This document shows positions 23,830 through 38,302 of a stretch of DNA of 64,000 nucleotides, one piece after another. The DNA lies in assembly GCA_010909165.1 (NCBI GenBank), contig VJWM01000003.1, forward strand, positions 124,001 through 188,000, given 5' to 3'. The notes under the pieces are model-generated. The model was not told the origin of the DNA. It saw only the letters and a program-made list of their open reading frames with translations, and ran no database searches. This DNA is from Anthoceros angustus (lineage: Eukaryota; Plantae; Anthocerotophyta). The position numbers and the translations under genes were made by a program. Each line of letters opens with the position of its first letter. The stretch's first letter is position 1.

Positions 23830-26800
23830 GGCAACCGCAGCCAGCGTGGAATCCGTGTCCTTGATCTCGTAGACGAACAAGGCGATGTTGCTGTCATTAA
23901 ATTGTTGCAGGAGAGAAGAGAGCTCCTCAGCAGCAGCTGGGGACTGGCCATTTGTGAGCACAAGTACAATCTGCAAGCAAGGATTAATGTCACACATCAA
24001 GGAATTTGACCCCAGTTATCAAGGAATGCACGTTTGAAACTGTTTCAGCAGTCATTACAATAGCACATACCTTGAGCGCCCCAACAGCTGATCCAGTTTT
24101 AAAGACTTGGAGAGCTTGTGATATCCCAGTCGTCAAGTTTGAAACTTTTGCCGAAGCATTAACAGTCAGCTCCAGAATTTGTTGGAAAATTGGATCACTA
24201 ATGTTCACTCCATCTGTTACCAGAAGCTGCAAGGCAAAGATGCGCATTTGAGGACTCAATCGTAGAACAAATATCTAGTCTTCAAGGACCTCACCTAAGT
24301 GTTTCTGCTCCGGACAGGGCTCGTACACTCCAAAACAAGCCTACCTGACCTAATGGGTTGGTTGTGGGAGGACTGCTGTAGGAGAGGACTGTAGCACGGT
24401 CGTCTTGCGTTAGTGTACGCAGCAGCTGCTCCGTGATGCGCACCTGCTAAGGCAGTTGTTATCTGAAAACTCCAAACTGCTGATCCATGGAGGACGACAC
24501 ATCCACAAGCACCACAAGGTCCTTGAGAACTGAGATGGCCCCTGTGTACCATGGTCTGATCCTTGGATCGTAACCGTTGCAGTCTTGCACTTCCTGGGAA
24601 TCACAGGAGAAGCCAGAGCAGTGTCACAGATCCCTCCAGAGTACATACAGTCTACTAGAGAATACAACAGATTCGCGAACTTGAGCAAAAATGCCACACC
24701 TGCAGACATACTCACTGTTCCAGGATAGAAGCGAAAGGTACCATCCACAGTGCCGAAGTAGAAGTTGTAATAATTACCATCGGAATTCTGAGAGGCTGCA
24801 GCGAACGTGTGGTCCAGCATTCGATGTGCACAGATTGCAAAACTCCTTTCAATACTCACACTGCTGGTGTTCAGCAAGCCAGGTACTCTGCAAACGGATC
24901 AGGCATTGAATAAGCACCTGTGACCTCACTGTAAAGGCTCGCCAACCTTGAGATAACGCAGCAACCTGAGATAGCTCCTCCTGGTAGTTTGCCCTCAGGC
25001 TGTTGCAGGCCCCCTGCCCGCTAGGAGCAGAGCAATTCAAGTTTTGCCACACATCCACGCACTGGTACTGTTGATTATCTTCAAGCAGCCTGTAGCAGGC
25101 AGCCCGGGAGCAAGCCGATGCGGAGCAGTTGCTCACAAGATCTGCACACCACGGCATGCTAGTCCAATTCCGGAACTTGACAACTTGGCTGCAAGCAGCT
25201 GCAACAGCCTACTCCACACTCCACAGCTCCACAACCTACCGCAACTGTACGCATCATTCACCACAGCCTGTTGCACAATGGCTCGCACCTCGCTCTCCTT
25301 CTGCAACACATATTGCTCACCAACCGATTGCGCATTCACAAAGCACCATTTTGTGCTTGCAAGCAGGCAACAAAGCAGAATCCAACGAAACCGCCAGTCC
25401 TCCTCCATTTCCCAAGACCTCATCCTCTCTTCCCGACCGCTTTAACCGGCTGAATATCCTGACGTCCTTCGAAAGGCCGGGTGCTCCAGTCTCCCATCGC
25501 CGCCGAAGCCGACGAAACGCAGGATCGAAGAACCTCCGTTCAGATCCACGTGTGGCAAATGGACCGGGTCTCCCGACCGCGAGTCGCCTGACCGGGCAGT
25601 CGGGTTAGGTTAAAACCAGAACCCCGGTTTCGTGAAACGATTTATACACATACACCGGCAGATCATCTTGCCATGATCGTTCCCCTGGCAGAAAGGCAGA
25701 AACAGCAGCAAATTCTACGGCAGCCCACAACGACGCAAACGAAGACGCACGTGCCTGGCGGCGGAGGAGAATTTGGCAAAACAGATGCAGACGGCAGGCT
25801 GGTGCGCATTCACAAGCACCATTTGTGCTTGCAAGCAGGCAACAAAGCAGAATCCAACGAAACCGCCAGTCCTCCTCCATTTCCCAAGACCTCATCCTCT
25901 CTTCCCGACCGCTTTAACCGGCTGAATATCCTGACGTCCTTCGAAAGGCCGGGTGCTCCAGTCTCCCATCGCCGCCGAAGCCGACGAAACGCAGGATCGA
26001 AGAACCTCCGTTCAGATCCACGTGTGGCAAATGGACCGGGTCTCCCGACCGCGAGTCGCCTGACCGGGCAGTCGGGTTAGGTTAAAACCAGAACCCCGGT
26101 TTCGTGAAACGATTTCGCTGGGGCTTTTAAGATGTACTGGCAATCATCATCCGTAGCTTTGGGGCGTGGACATTTGTGGGGAACTTAGATTCTCCATCCA
26201 TATCTGTTCCTGGAATCTTGCACAGAATTCCAGGCACGGCGATGGACAAGACAACGGATTGATTGAAGTACTAAGTACTCCCAGGTCCTGAACGTCCTAC
26301 TAAATTACCCAAGGAAGCTTCATATCTTTCGCTTGGAAGGACCTGGAGATGGGAGGCTGGTGTCCAAGAGGCGATCGGGTCCATAGTCTGTCACAGTGGC
26401 TGCATTGGTGTCAAGTTCGTCAATTCTGTGGCCTTCGCACGGACCCCAACACCACATCCAAAGGAAGCAGGCTACGACACCGACGACCACAGCACCTCCA
26501 GCAGCCACAGGTATGATGATCCACTGAAGCTTAAGGCGGAAAGACTGCGAGCCAGATAGATTGACACCCCGCATTCAGGGCAGCATAACAGATCCGTGTA
26601 GTTGTGAACATAATCGGTCTGCTTGCACACTGCTATGGCAGCGGCCTCTACACCGTAGCAGAGCGTGGAATCCGCCTTCAAGGTCTGCGGCCAAGTTGTG
26701 AGCCTAGGTAGCCTCGTGCATGCATACGCAGGGAGATTGGAGAGGGAGAGGGCACTCACAGGACAAGGGGAGACCGACGGCGCGCCCGACAGGTTAGTTA

Positions 26801-29800
26801 GTATTGACCCAGGATTCCTGTTCTTTCTCAGGAATTCCCTGATCTCAGGCTTGAGGGCTGGGGTGATTAGATCCACCTGCATGTCGAGTCCGGCTACTCC
26901 AATGAGCTGACCGTCCGCAGAAATTGCTGCAAGTTCATCACCAACAAGTTCTATCAACATCAGGACGTGGTGAACAGTTGTCAGCAGCGATAAAGCAAAC
27001 GATGATAGTTACCAGGCTGTGCGACGGTGATGACCTGCCCTCGGAAACTGTAATCTTCGTAAGGCAGTTGCCAAAATGTCTGCTGTTGAGGCGTAGACAG
27101 GTTTCGGGATTGAGCCAAGAAGGTGAAATATGACTTGATAGCAAATAGCGGATTCTGCAAGGAGTTGATGTCAACAGTCTCGACGTGCCCATTCTTAACC
27201 TGGCAAGCAACCGCAGCCAGCGTGGAATCCGCCTTCAAGGTCTGCGGCCAAGTTGTGAGCCTAGGTAGCCTCGTGCATGCATACGCAGGGAGATTGGAGA
27301 GGGAGAGGGCACTCACAGGACAAGGGGAGACCGACGGCGCGCCCGACGGGTTAGTTAGTATTGACCCAGGATTCCTGTTCTTTCTCAGGAATTCTGATCT
27401 CAGGCTTGAGGGCTGGGGTGATTTGCCCACCATGTCGAGTCCGGCTACTCCAATAAGCTGACCGTCCACAGATATTGCTGCAAATTCACCACCAACACGT
27501 TCCGTGAGCATCCAGGACAGTTGTCACCGGCGGTAAGGAGACGGATGACAGATGCATACCCGGATAAGCCACGGTGATGACCTCCCCTCGGAAATTGGAA
27601 TCGTTGTAAGGCAGTTGCCAAAATGCCAGTTGATGAGGCGTTGCCAGGTTTCGGGATTGAGCCAAGAAGGTGAAATATGACTTGATAGCAAATAGCGGAT
27701 TCTGCAAGGAGCTGATGTCAACAGTCTCGATGTGCCTTGCTTCACCTGGCAAGCCACACCAGCCAGCGTGGGATCCGTGTCCTTGATCGTTGCCGTAGCA
27801 GAAACAGCAGCAAATTCTACGGCAGCCCGATCCACCAACAAGGCGAAGTGCACGCTGGCGGAGAATTCCGCAAAACAGGTGCAGACCGCAGGCTGTCACG
27901 CAATCACACAGCAAGCTTCTCAGATGATTCCGCTTCCCTTCATATCCTGCGCCGGGAGAACCTGGAGATGGGAGGCTGGTTTCGCCGGAGATCGGATTCA
28001 AAGCTTTTCGCACTGGTTGCATTGGTGTCAAGCTCGTAACGTTTGATGGATTTGCGTGACGGATCCCGACACCACATCCAAAGGAAGCAGGCTACGACAC
28101 CGACCGCCAGAGCACCTCAGCAGCTGCAGGTATGATGATCCACTTCAGGCGGGAAGAGTGCGAGGTACTTATAGAGACACCTCCGCATTCAGGACAGCAT
28201 AACAGATCCGTGTAGTTGTGAACATTATCGGTCTGCTTGCACACTGCTATGGCAGCGGCCTCTACACCGTAGCAGAGCGTGGAATCCGCCTTCAAGGTCT
28301 GCGGCCAAGTTGTGAGCCTAGGTAGCCTCGTGCATGCATACGCAGGGAGATTGGAGAGGGAGAGGGCACTCACAGGACAAGGGGAGACCGACGGCGCGCC
28401 CGACAGGTTAGTTAGTATTGACCCAGGATTCCTGTTCTTTCTCAGGAATTCCCTGATCTCAGGCTTGAGGGCTGGGGTGATTTGCCCCACCTGCATGTCG
28501 AGTCCGGCTACTCCAATAAGCTGACCGTCCACAGATATTGCTGCAAATTCACCACCAACACGTTCCGTGAGCATCCAGGACAGTTGTCACCGGCGGTAAG
28601 GAGACGGATGACAGATGCATACCCGGATAAGCCACGGTGATGACCTCCCTCGGAAATTGGAATCGTTGTAAGGCAGTTGCCAAAATGCCAGTTGATGAGG
28701 CGTTGCCAGGTTTCGGGATTGAGCCAAGAAGGTGAAATATGACTTGATAGCAAATAGCGGATTCTGCAAGGAGCTGATGTCAACAGTCTCGATGTGCCTT
28801 GCTTCACCTGGCAAGCCACACCAGCCAGCGTGGGATCCGTGTCCTCCATCTCGTAGACGAACAAGGCGATGTTGCTGTCATTAAATTGTTGCAGGAGAGG
28901 ATAGAGCTCCTCAGCAGCAGCTGCAGGTATGATGATCCACTTCAGGCGGGAAGAGTGCGAGGTACTTATAGAGACACCTCCGCATTCAGGACAGCATAAC
29001 AGATCCGTGTAGTTGTGAACATTATCGGTCTGCTTGCACACTGCTATGGCAGCGGCCTCTACACCGTAGCAGAGCGTGGAATCCGCCTTCAAGGTCTGCG
29101 GCCAAGTTGTGAGCCTAGGTAGCCTCGTGCATGCATACGCAGGGAGATTGGAGAGGGAGAGGGCACTCACAGGACAAGGGGAGACCGACGGCGCGCCCGA
29201 CGGGTTAGTTAGTATTGACCCAGGATTCCTGTTCTTTCTCAGGAATTCCCTGATCTCAGGCTTGAGGGCTGGGGTGATTAGATCCACCTGCATGTCGAGT
29301 CCGGCTACTCCAATGAGCTGACCGTCCGCAGAAATTGCTGCAAGTTCATCACCAACAAGTTCTATCAACATCAGGACGTGGTGAACAGTTGTCAGCAGCG
29401 ATAAAGCAAACGATGATAGTTACCAGGCTGTGCGACGGTGATGACCTGCCCTCGGAAACTGTAATCTTCGTAAGGCAGTTGCCAAAATGTCTGCTGTTGA
29501 GGCGTAGACAGGTTTCGGGATTGAGCCAAGAAGGTGAAATATGACTTGATAGCAAATAGCGGATTCTGCAAGGAGTTGATGTCAACAGTCTCGACGTGCC
29601 CATTCTTAACCTGGCAAGCAACCGCAGCCAGCGTGGAATCCGCCTTCAAGGTCTGCGGCCAAGTTGTGAGCCTAGGTAGCCTCGTGCATGCATACGCAGG
29701 GAGATTGGAGAGGGAGAGGGCACTCACAGGACAAGGGGAGACCGACGGCGCGCCCGACGGGTTAGTTAGTATTGACCCAGGATTCCTGTTCTTTCTCAGG

Positions 29801-32800
29801 AATTCTGATCTCAGGCTTGAGGGCTGGGGTGATTTGCCCACCATGTCGAGTCCGGCTACTCCAATAAGCTGACCGTCCACAGATATTGCTGCAAATTCAC
29901 CACCAACACGTTCCGTGAGCATCCAGGACAGTTGTCACCGGCGGTAAGGAGACGGATGACAGATGCATACCCGGATAAGCCACGGTGATGACCTCCCCTC
30001 GGAAATTGGAATCGTTGTAAGGCAGTTGCCAAAATGCCAGTTGATGAGGCGTTGCCAGGTTTCGGGATTGAGCCAAGAAGGTGAAATATGACTTGATAGC
30101 AAATAGCGGATTCTGCAAGGAGCTGATGTCAACAGTCTCGATGTGCCTTGCTTCACCTGGCAAGCCACACCAGCCAGCGTGGGATCCGTGTCCTTGATCT
30201 CGTAGACGAACAAGGCGATGTTGCTGTCATTAAATTGTTGCAGGAGAGGATAGAGCTCCTCAGCAGCAGCTGGGGACTGGCCATTGTGAGCACAAGTACA
30301 ATCTGCAAGGATAAATGTCACTCGTCAAAGAATTTGGCCTCCGGCCATCAAGGAATGCATGTTTCAGCAGTCATGACGACAGCCCACGGGTACCTTGAGC
30401 GCCCCAGCGGCTGACCCGTTGTTGAAGACTTGGAGAGCTTGTGATATCCCAGTCGTCAAATTAGAAACGTTTGCAGAAGCATTAACAGTCAGCTCCAGAA
30501 TTTGTTGGAAATTGGATCACTAATGTTCACTCCATCTGTTACCAGAAGCTGCAAGGCAAAGATGCGCATTTGAGGACTCAATCGTAGAACAAATATGTTG
30601 TCGTCTTGAAAGGAGCTCACATAAGTAGCTTTTCTGCTCCGGACAGGGCTCATTACACTCCAAAACAAGCCTACCTGACCTAATGGGTTGGTTGTGGGAG
30701 GACTGCTGTAGGAGAGGACTGTAGCACGGTCGTCTTGCGTTAGTGTACGCAGCAGCTGCTCCGTGATGCGCTTTGCACCTGCTAAGGCAGTTGTTATCTG
30801 AAAAACTCCAAACTGCTGATCCATGGAGGACGACACATCCACAAGCACCACAAGGTCCTTGAGAACTGAGATGGCCCCTGTGTACCATGGTCTGATCCTT
30901 GGATCGTAACGGTTGCACTCTTGGACTTCCTGAGAATCACAAGAGAAGCCAGAGCACCTCCAGCAGCTGCAGGTATGATGATCCACTTCAGGCGGGAAGA
31001 GTGCGAGGTACTTATAGAGACACCTCCGCATTCAGGACAGCATAACAGATCCGTGTAGTTGTGAACATTATCGGTCTTGCACACTGCTATGGCAGCGGCC
31101 TCTACACCGTAGCAGAGCGTGGAATCCGCCTTCAAGGTCTGCGGCCAAGTTGTGAGCCTAGGTAGCCTCGTGCATGCATACGCAGGGAGATTGGAGAGGG
31201 AGAGGGCACTCACAGGACAAGGGGAGACCGACGGCGCGCCCGACAGGTTAGTTAGTATTGACCCAGGATTCCTGTTCTTTCTCAGGAATTCCCTGATCTC
31301 AGGCTTGAGGGCTGGGGTGATTTGCCCCACCTGCATGTCGAGTCCGGCTACTCCAATAAGCTGACCGTCCACAGATATTGCTGCAAATTCACCACCAACA
31401 CGTTCCGTGAGCATCCAGGACAGTTGTCACCGGCGGTAAGGAGACGGATGACAGATGCATACCCGGATAAGCCACGGTGATGACCTCCCTCGGAAATTGG
31501 AATCGTTGTAAGGCAGTTGCCAAAATGCCAGTTGATGAGGCGTTGCCAGGTTTCGGGATTGAGCCAAGAAGGTGAAATATGACTTGATAGCAAATAGCGG
31601 ATTCTGCAAGGAGCTGATGTCAACAGTCTCGATGTGCCTTGCTTCACCTGGCAAGCCACACCAGCCAGCGTGGGATCCGTGTCCTCCATCTCGTAGACGA
31701 ACAAGGCGATGTTGCTGTCATTGAATTGTTGCAGGAGAGGATAGAGCTCCTCGGAAGAGGCAGGGGACTTGCCATTTGTGAGCACAAGTACAATCTGCAA
31801 GGATAAATGTCACTCGTCAAAGAATTTGGCCTCCGGCCATCAAGGAATGCATGTTTCAGCAGTCATGACGACAGCCCACGGGTACCTTGAGCGCCCCAGC
31901 GGCTGACCCGTTGTTGAAGACTTGGAGAGCTTGTGATATACCAGTCGTCAAATTAGAAACGTTTGCAGAAGCATTAACAGTCAGTTTCTGAATTTGTTGG
32001 AATATCGGATCTGTACTAGCGTCCACCTGATCTGTTACCCGAAGCTGCAAGACAGGGATACGCAGTTGAGAAGTCAATCATAGAACAAATATGTTGTCGT
32101 CTTGAAAGGAGCTCACATAAGTAGCTTTTCTGCTCAAGATACGGCTTGTAGACTACGAAACAAACCATACCTGACCTAACAGGTTGGCTGTGGGAGGCTG
32201 TAGGACAAGACTGTAGCACGGTCGTCTTGTGTCAGTGTAAGCAGCAGCTGCTCTGTGATGCTCTGGGCACCTGCTAAGGCAGTTGTTATTTCGAAAACTC
32301 CTAATCTCTCATTCATGGACGACGCCACATCCACAAGCACCACAAGGTCCTTGAGAACTGAAATGGCCCCTTTGTACCATGGTCTGATCCTTGGATCGTA
32401 ACGGTTGCACTCTTGGACTTCCTGAGAATCACAAGAGAAGCCAGGGCCGTGTAACACATCTCCACAAGTACATACAGTCTACTAGAGAATACAACAGATT
32501 GCGAACTTGAGCAAAATGCCAGTTGATGAGGCGTTGCCAGGTTTCGGGATTGAGCCAAGAAGGTGAAATATGACTTGATAGCAAATAGCGGATTCTGCAA
32601 GGAGCTGATGTCAACAGTCTCGATGTGCCTTGCTTCACCTGGCAAGCCACACCAGCCAGCGTGGGATCCGTGTCCTCCATCTCGTAGACGAACAAGGCGA
32701 TGTTGCTGTCATTGAATTGTTGCAGGAGAGGATAGAGCTCCTCGGAAGAGGCAGGGGACTTGCCATTTGTGAGCACAAGTACAATCTGCAAGGATAAATG

Positions 32801-34420
32801 TCACTCGTCAAAGAATTTGGCCTCCGGCCATCAAGGAATGCATGTTTCAGCAGTCATGACGACAGCCCACGGGTACCTTGAGCGCGGCTGACCCGTTGTT
32901 GAAGACTTGGAGAGCTTGTGATATACCAGTCGTCAAATTAGAAACGTTTGCAGAAGCATTAACAGTCAGTTTCTGAATTTGTTGGAATATCGGATCTGTA
33001 CTAGCGTCCACCTGATCTGTTACCCGAAGCTGCAAGACAGGGATACGCAGTTGAGAAGTCAATCATAGAACAAATATGTTGTCGTCTTGAAAGGAGCTCA
33101 CATAAGTAGCTTTTCTGCTCAAGATACGGCTTGTAGACTACGAAACAAACCATACCTGACCTAACAGGTTGGCTGTGGGAGGAGCTGTAGGACAAGACTG
33201 TAGCACGGTCGTCTTGTGTCAGTGTAAGCAGCAGCTGCTCTGTGATGCTCTGGGCACCTGCTAAGGCAGTTGTTATTTCGAAAACTCCTAATCTCTCATT
33301 CATGGACGACGCCACATCCACAAGCACCACAAGGTCCTTGAGAACTGAAATGGCCCCTTTGTACCATGGTCTGATCCTTGGATCGTAACGGTTGCACTCT
33401 TGGACTTCCTGAGAATCACAAGAGAAGCCAGGGCCGTGTAACACATCTCCACAAAGTACATACAGTCCACTGGAGAATGCAAGATACTCACTGTTCCAGG
33501 ATAGAAGCGAAAGGTACCATCCACAGTGCCGAAGTAGAAGTTGTAATAATTACCATCGGAATTCTGAGAGGCTGCTGCAGCGAACGTGTGGTCCAGCATT
33601 CGATGTGCACAGATTGCAAAACTCCTTTCAATACTCACACTGCTGGTGTTCAGCAAGCCAGGTACTCTGCAAACGGATCAGGCATTGAATAAGCACCTGT
33701 GACCTCACTGTAAAGGCTCTCGCCAACCTTGAGATAACGCAGCAACCTGAGATAGCTCCTCTGGTAGTTTGCCCTCAGGCTGTTGCAGGCCCCCTGCCCG
33801 CTAGGAGCAGAGCAATTCAAGTTTTGCCACACATCCACGCACTGGTACTGTTGATTATCTTCAAGCAGCCTGTAGCAGGCAGCCCGGGAGCAAGCCGATG
33901 CGGAGCAGTTGCTCACAAGATCTGCACACCACGGCATGCTAGTCCAATTCCGGAACTTGACAACGGCTGCAAGCAGCTGCAACGGCCTACTACTCCACAC
34001 TCCACAGCTCCACAACCTACCGCAACTGTACGCATCATTCACCACAGCCTGTTGCACAATGGCTCGCACCTCGCTCTCCTTCTGCAACACATATTGCTCA
34101 CCAACCGATTGCGCATTCACAAAGCACCATTTTGTGCTTGCAAGCAGGCAACAAAGCAGAATCCAACGAAACCGCCAGTCCTCCTCCATTTCCCAAGACC
34201 TCATCCTCTTCCTGACCGCTTTAACCGGCTGAATATCCTGACGTCCTTCGAAAGGCCGGGTGCTCCAGTCTCCCATCGCCGCCGAAGCCGACGAAACGCA
34301 GGATCGAAGAACCTCCGTTCAGATCCACGTGTGGCAAATGGACCGGGTCTCCCGACCGCGAGTCGCCTGACCGGGCAGTCGGGTTAGGTTAAAACCAGAA
34401 CCCCGGTTTCGTGAAACGAT
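23830..34420 (-). repeat. Scrambled mosaic of near-identical fragments of alpha2delta-like copies 1-3 and their upstream regions
   Basis: Identical ORFs recur at offsets of 2411 bp (26665/29076, 27123/29534), 2840 bp (28279/31119) and about 990 bp (31856/32847). Non-collinear joins fall on short shared words. Confidence 0.9.
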
Positions 34421-34616
34421 TTGAAGTATATTGGGGGCCATCTTGCTTTGATCCTTGATCGTTGCCGTAGCAGAAACAGCAGCAAATTCTACGGCAGCCC
34501 ACAACGATCCACCAACAAGGCGAAGTGCACGCTGGCGGAGAATTCCGCAAAACAGGTGCAGACCGCAGGCTGTCACGCAATCACACAGCAAGCTTCTCAG
34601 ATGATTCCGCTTCCCT

Positions 34617-37085
34617 TCATATCCTGCGCCCGGGAGAACCTGGAGATGGGAGGCTGGTTTCGCCGGAGAGATCGGATTCAAAGCTTTTCGCACTGGTTGC
34701 ATTGGTGTCAAGCTCGTAACGTTTGATGGATTTGCGTGACGGATCCCGACACCACATCCAAAGGAAGCAGGCTACGACACCGACCGCCAGAGCACCTCCA
34801 GCAGCTGCAGGTATGATGATCCACTTCAGGCGGGAAGAGTGCGAGGTACTTATAGAGACACCTCCGCATTCAGGACAGCATAACAGATCCGTGTAGTTGT
34901 GAACATTATCGGTCTGCTTGCACACTGCTATGGCAGCGGCCTCTACACCGTAGCAGAGCGTGGAATCCGCCTTCAAGGTCTGCGGCCAAGTTGTGAGCCT
35001 AGGTAGCCTCGTGCATGCATACGCAGGGAGATTGGAGAGGGAGAGGCACTCACAGGACAAGGGAGACCGACGGCGCGCCCGACAGGTTAGTTAGTATTGA
35101 CCCAGGATTCCTGTTCTTTCTCAGGAATTCCCTGATCTCAGGCTTGAGGGCTGGGGTGATTTGCCCCACCTGCATGTCGAGTCCGGCTACTCCAATAAGC
35201 TGACCGTCCACAGATATTGCTGCAAATTCACCACCAACACGTTCCGTGAGCATCCAGGACAGTTGTCACCGGCGGTAAGGAGACGGATGACAGATGCATA
35301 CCCGGATAAGCCACGGTGATGACCTCCCCTCGGAAATTGGAATCGTTGTAAGGCAGTTGCCAAAATGCCAGTTGATGAGGCGTTGCCAGGTTTCGGGATT
35401 GAGCCAAGAAGGTGAAATATGACTTGATAGCAAATAGCGGATTCTGCAAGGAGCTGATGTCAACAGTCTCGATGTGCCCTTGCTTCACCTGGCAAGCCAC
35501 ACCAGCCAGCGTGGGATCCGTGTCCTCCATCTCGTAGACGAACAAGGCGATGTTGCTGTCATTGAATTGTTGCAGGAGAGGATAGAGCTCCTCGGAAGAG
35601 GCAGGGGACTTGCCATTTGTGAGCACAAGTACAATCTGCAAGGATAAATGTCACTCGTCAAAGAATTTGGCCTCCGGCCATCAAGGAATGCATGTTTCAG
35701 CAGTCATGACGACAGCCCACGGTACCTTGAGGCCCCAGCGGCTGACCCGTTGTTGAAGACTTGGAGAGCTTGTGATATACCAGTCGTCAAATTAGAAACG
35801 TTTGCAGAAGCATTAACAGTCAGTTTCTGAATTGTTGGAATATCGGATCTGTACTAGCGTCCACCTGATCTGTTACCCGAAGCTGCAAGACAGGGATACG
35901 CAGTTGAGAAGTCAATCATAGAACAAATATGTTGTCGTCTTGAAAGGAGCTCACATAAGTAGCTTTTCTGCTCAAGATACGGCTTGTAGACTACGAAACA
36001 AACCATACCTGACCTAACAGGTTGGCTGTGGGAGGAGCTGTAGGACAAGACTGTAGCACGGTCGTCTTGTGTCAGTGTAAGCAGCAGCTGCTCTGTGATG
36101 CTCTGGGCACCTGCTAAGGCAGTTGTTATTTCGAAAACTCCTAATCTCTCATTCATGGACGACGCCACATCCACAAGCACCACAAGGTCCTTGAGAACTG
36201 AAATGGCCCCTTTGTACCATGGTCTGATCCTTGGATCGTAACGGTTGCACTCTTGGACTTCCTGAGAATCACAAGAGAAGCCAGGGCCGTGTAACACATC
36301 TCCACAAAGTACATACAGTCCACTGGAGAATGCAAGATACTCACTGTTCCAGGATAGAAGCGAAGAGTGCCGTCCACAGTTCCGAAGAACGAGTGGTAAT
36401 ATGCACCGTCGGTGGAATTTTGATGGGCTGCTTTGAACGTTTTGTCCAGCATTCGATGTGCACAGATTGCAAAAATCCTTTCATTGCTCAGGCTGCTGGG
36501 GGTGTTCAGGAAGCCAGGTAGTCTGCAAACAGATCAAGCATTCGATAAGCGCCTATGACCTGAATGTAAGGGCCCTCGTTAACCTTCACATTCCCGGATC
36601 CAGCCCGTGCTAACCTGACATAGCTCCTCTTGTAGTTTGCCCTAACTCTGTTGCAGTAGCCTTGCCCGCTAGGAGCAGGGCAAAGCGAGTTTTGCGACAC
36701 ATCTATGCACTCGTAGTTGCGATTATCCTCAAGCAGCCTATTGCAGGCAGCTCTGGAGCAAGGCGATGCGGTGCAGTTGCTCACAAGATCTGCACAGCAA
36801 GGCAGGCTAGTCCTAATCCGAACCTGCACAACCTGGCTGCAACCAGCTGCAACGGCCTACTACTCCACTCCACACTCCAGAGCTCCACAACCTACCGCAA
36901 CTGGCCGCATCATTCAGCACAGCCTGCTCCACAATGGCCTGCACTGCGCTCTCCCTCTGCAACACATAGTCCTTACCGTCCGATTCCGCATTCACAAGGC
37001 ACCATTTTCTGACGCTCGCAATCAGGCAGCAAAGCAGAATTGAACGAAACCGCCAGTCCGCCTCCTTCCCCCGAGATCCCTTCAT
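34617..37085 (-). pseudogene. alpha2delta-like gene (array copy 3); complete exon set with a few small indels (pseudogene or consensus errors)
   Basis: MKGSRGKEADWRFRSILLCC...; YDPRIRPWYKGA; DVASSM; LTNG; FWQLPYNDS; LIGVAGLD; TM. Indels near 36035 and in G-runs near 35045-35065. Confidence 0.75.
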
Positions 37086-37390
37086 CTCGTCAGGACAGCT
37101 GAATCGCCCGGCGTCCTTTCGAGGTGGTGGCAGGGAAAGGGCAAGTCCTGCAATATCCCATTGCCAGCGAAGCCACCGGAATCCGGGATCACGGAACCTC
37201 CTTCACACATCCAGCATGTTGCAACTTGAACATGGACCGGGTCTAACGGCGTTGCCTAACCGGGCAGTCGAGTTATGTTAACCCGGACCCCGGTTCCATG
37301 AGACGATTCAAGGTACACCAGCACCGGCGCGGGCGAGCCTGTCATAACGGTTTCCTTGGCAGAAGCAGCACCAAATTCTTCGCTTGCAAG

Positions 37391-37476
37391 AAGAAGAAGA
37401 GGGAGAATTTTATTGAAGTCCACTAAGGACGGATTTCCATCATGGGACTGAGATATGATAACTACATAGATTTGTG
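37391..37476 (-). mobile_element. 86-bp 5'-truncated retroposed 3' end (LINE/SINE type) with (TTC)n tail and tgcaag target-site duplication
   Basis: Reverse complement of 57869-57940; flanked by tgcaag at 37385-37390 and 37477-37482; absent from the homologous upstream region of copy 0 (about 17470). Confidence 0.75.
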
Positions 37477-38302
37477 TGCAAGGTTTGTGTGCTGCAGGCG
37501 TGACTCGGGCATTACACAGACGAAGAGAGCTTGCTTGTCGAGATCGCGGTTTCGAATGCTCCACATAGCATCGATTTCGGGGCATTCATCCGATTCTACC
37601 CACCCAGCATGACGCCGATGGCTTTCGTGTTGTCCCGAAGCTTGAGTTTTATTTCAGCTTCTAGTTTTCGGTGTGCATACAAAATACAAGGTTTTCAGTG
37701 TGCTTATAAAATTCTCTCTTCCATATGCACTTGTGTTGAAGTTTTTTATGCTAAGCAATTTAAAATTATTGGTATAGAAGAAGACGAATTTTATTTAAGT
37801 CCACTAAGGACTTGGTACTTCCGTCATGGGACTTGGTACTTGACAACTTCTACCATGGTATGCCTAAGCTACTTGCACCAAGGGCATCCATTCCCTTTAG
37901 AGACCCCATCTAAGTGCCAATCCAAGCGCAGATAAATGTGTGTCCATTTGGCCTAAGCCATTTGGACACACATGGTACAAAGGGGTTATTTGTTATTGAA
38001 ATGGCCCCTTTGTACCATGGTATAGAAGTGTGCATGCGCACTTAGGTAGACCATATTTTGTGACAAAGAAAAAATGGACTGCGTGTAGCATGTGCCTAAT
38101 ACCTTCAAATATAAAATAGTTATATAATTTCTTGTAATTACTGATAATCATCAATTTAAGCTACTAACCACAAATTGAAGTTAAGAATACTTTTTGAGTT
38201 AATTAGTTCAGTTTTGGAGTGTTGGAAATTATTTGAAATATAATGTGGAGATAATAAGTGTCTGTTTATTTGTTGCTTCCATCCCCACTTAAAATCATGC
38301 AG

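Noticed and set aside
23830-34420. Ten or more additional functional alpha2delta-like genes
   Set aside because: Fragments are non-collinear and near-identical, and no complete exon series exists in this interval.
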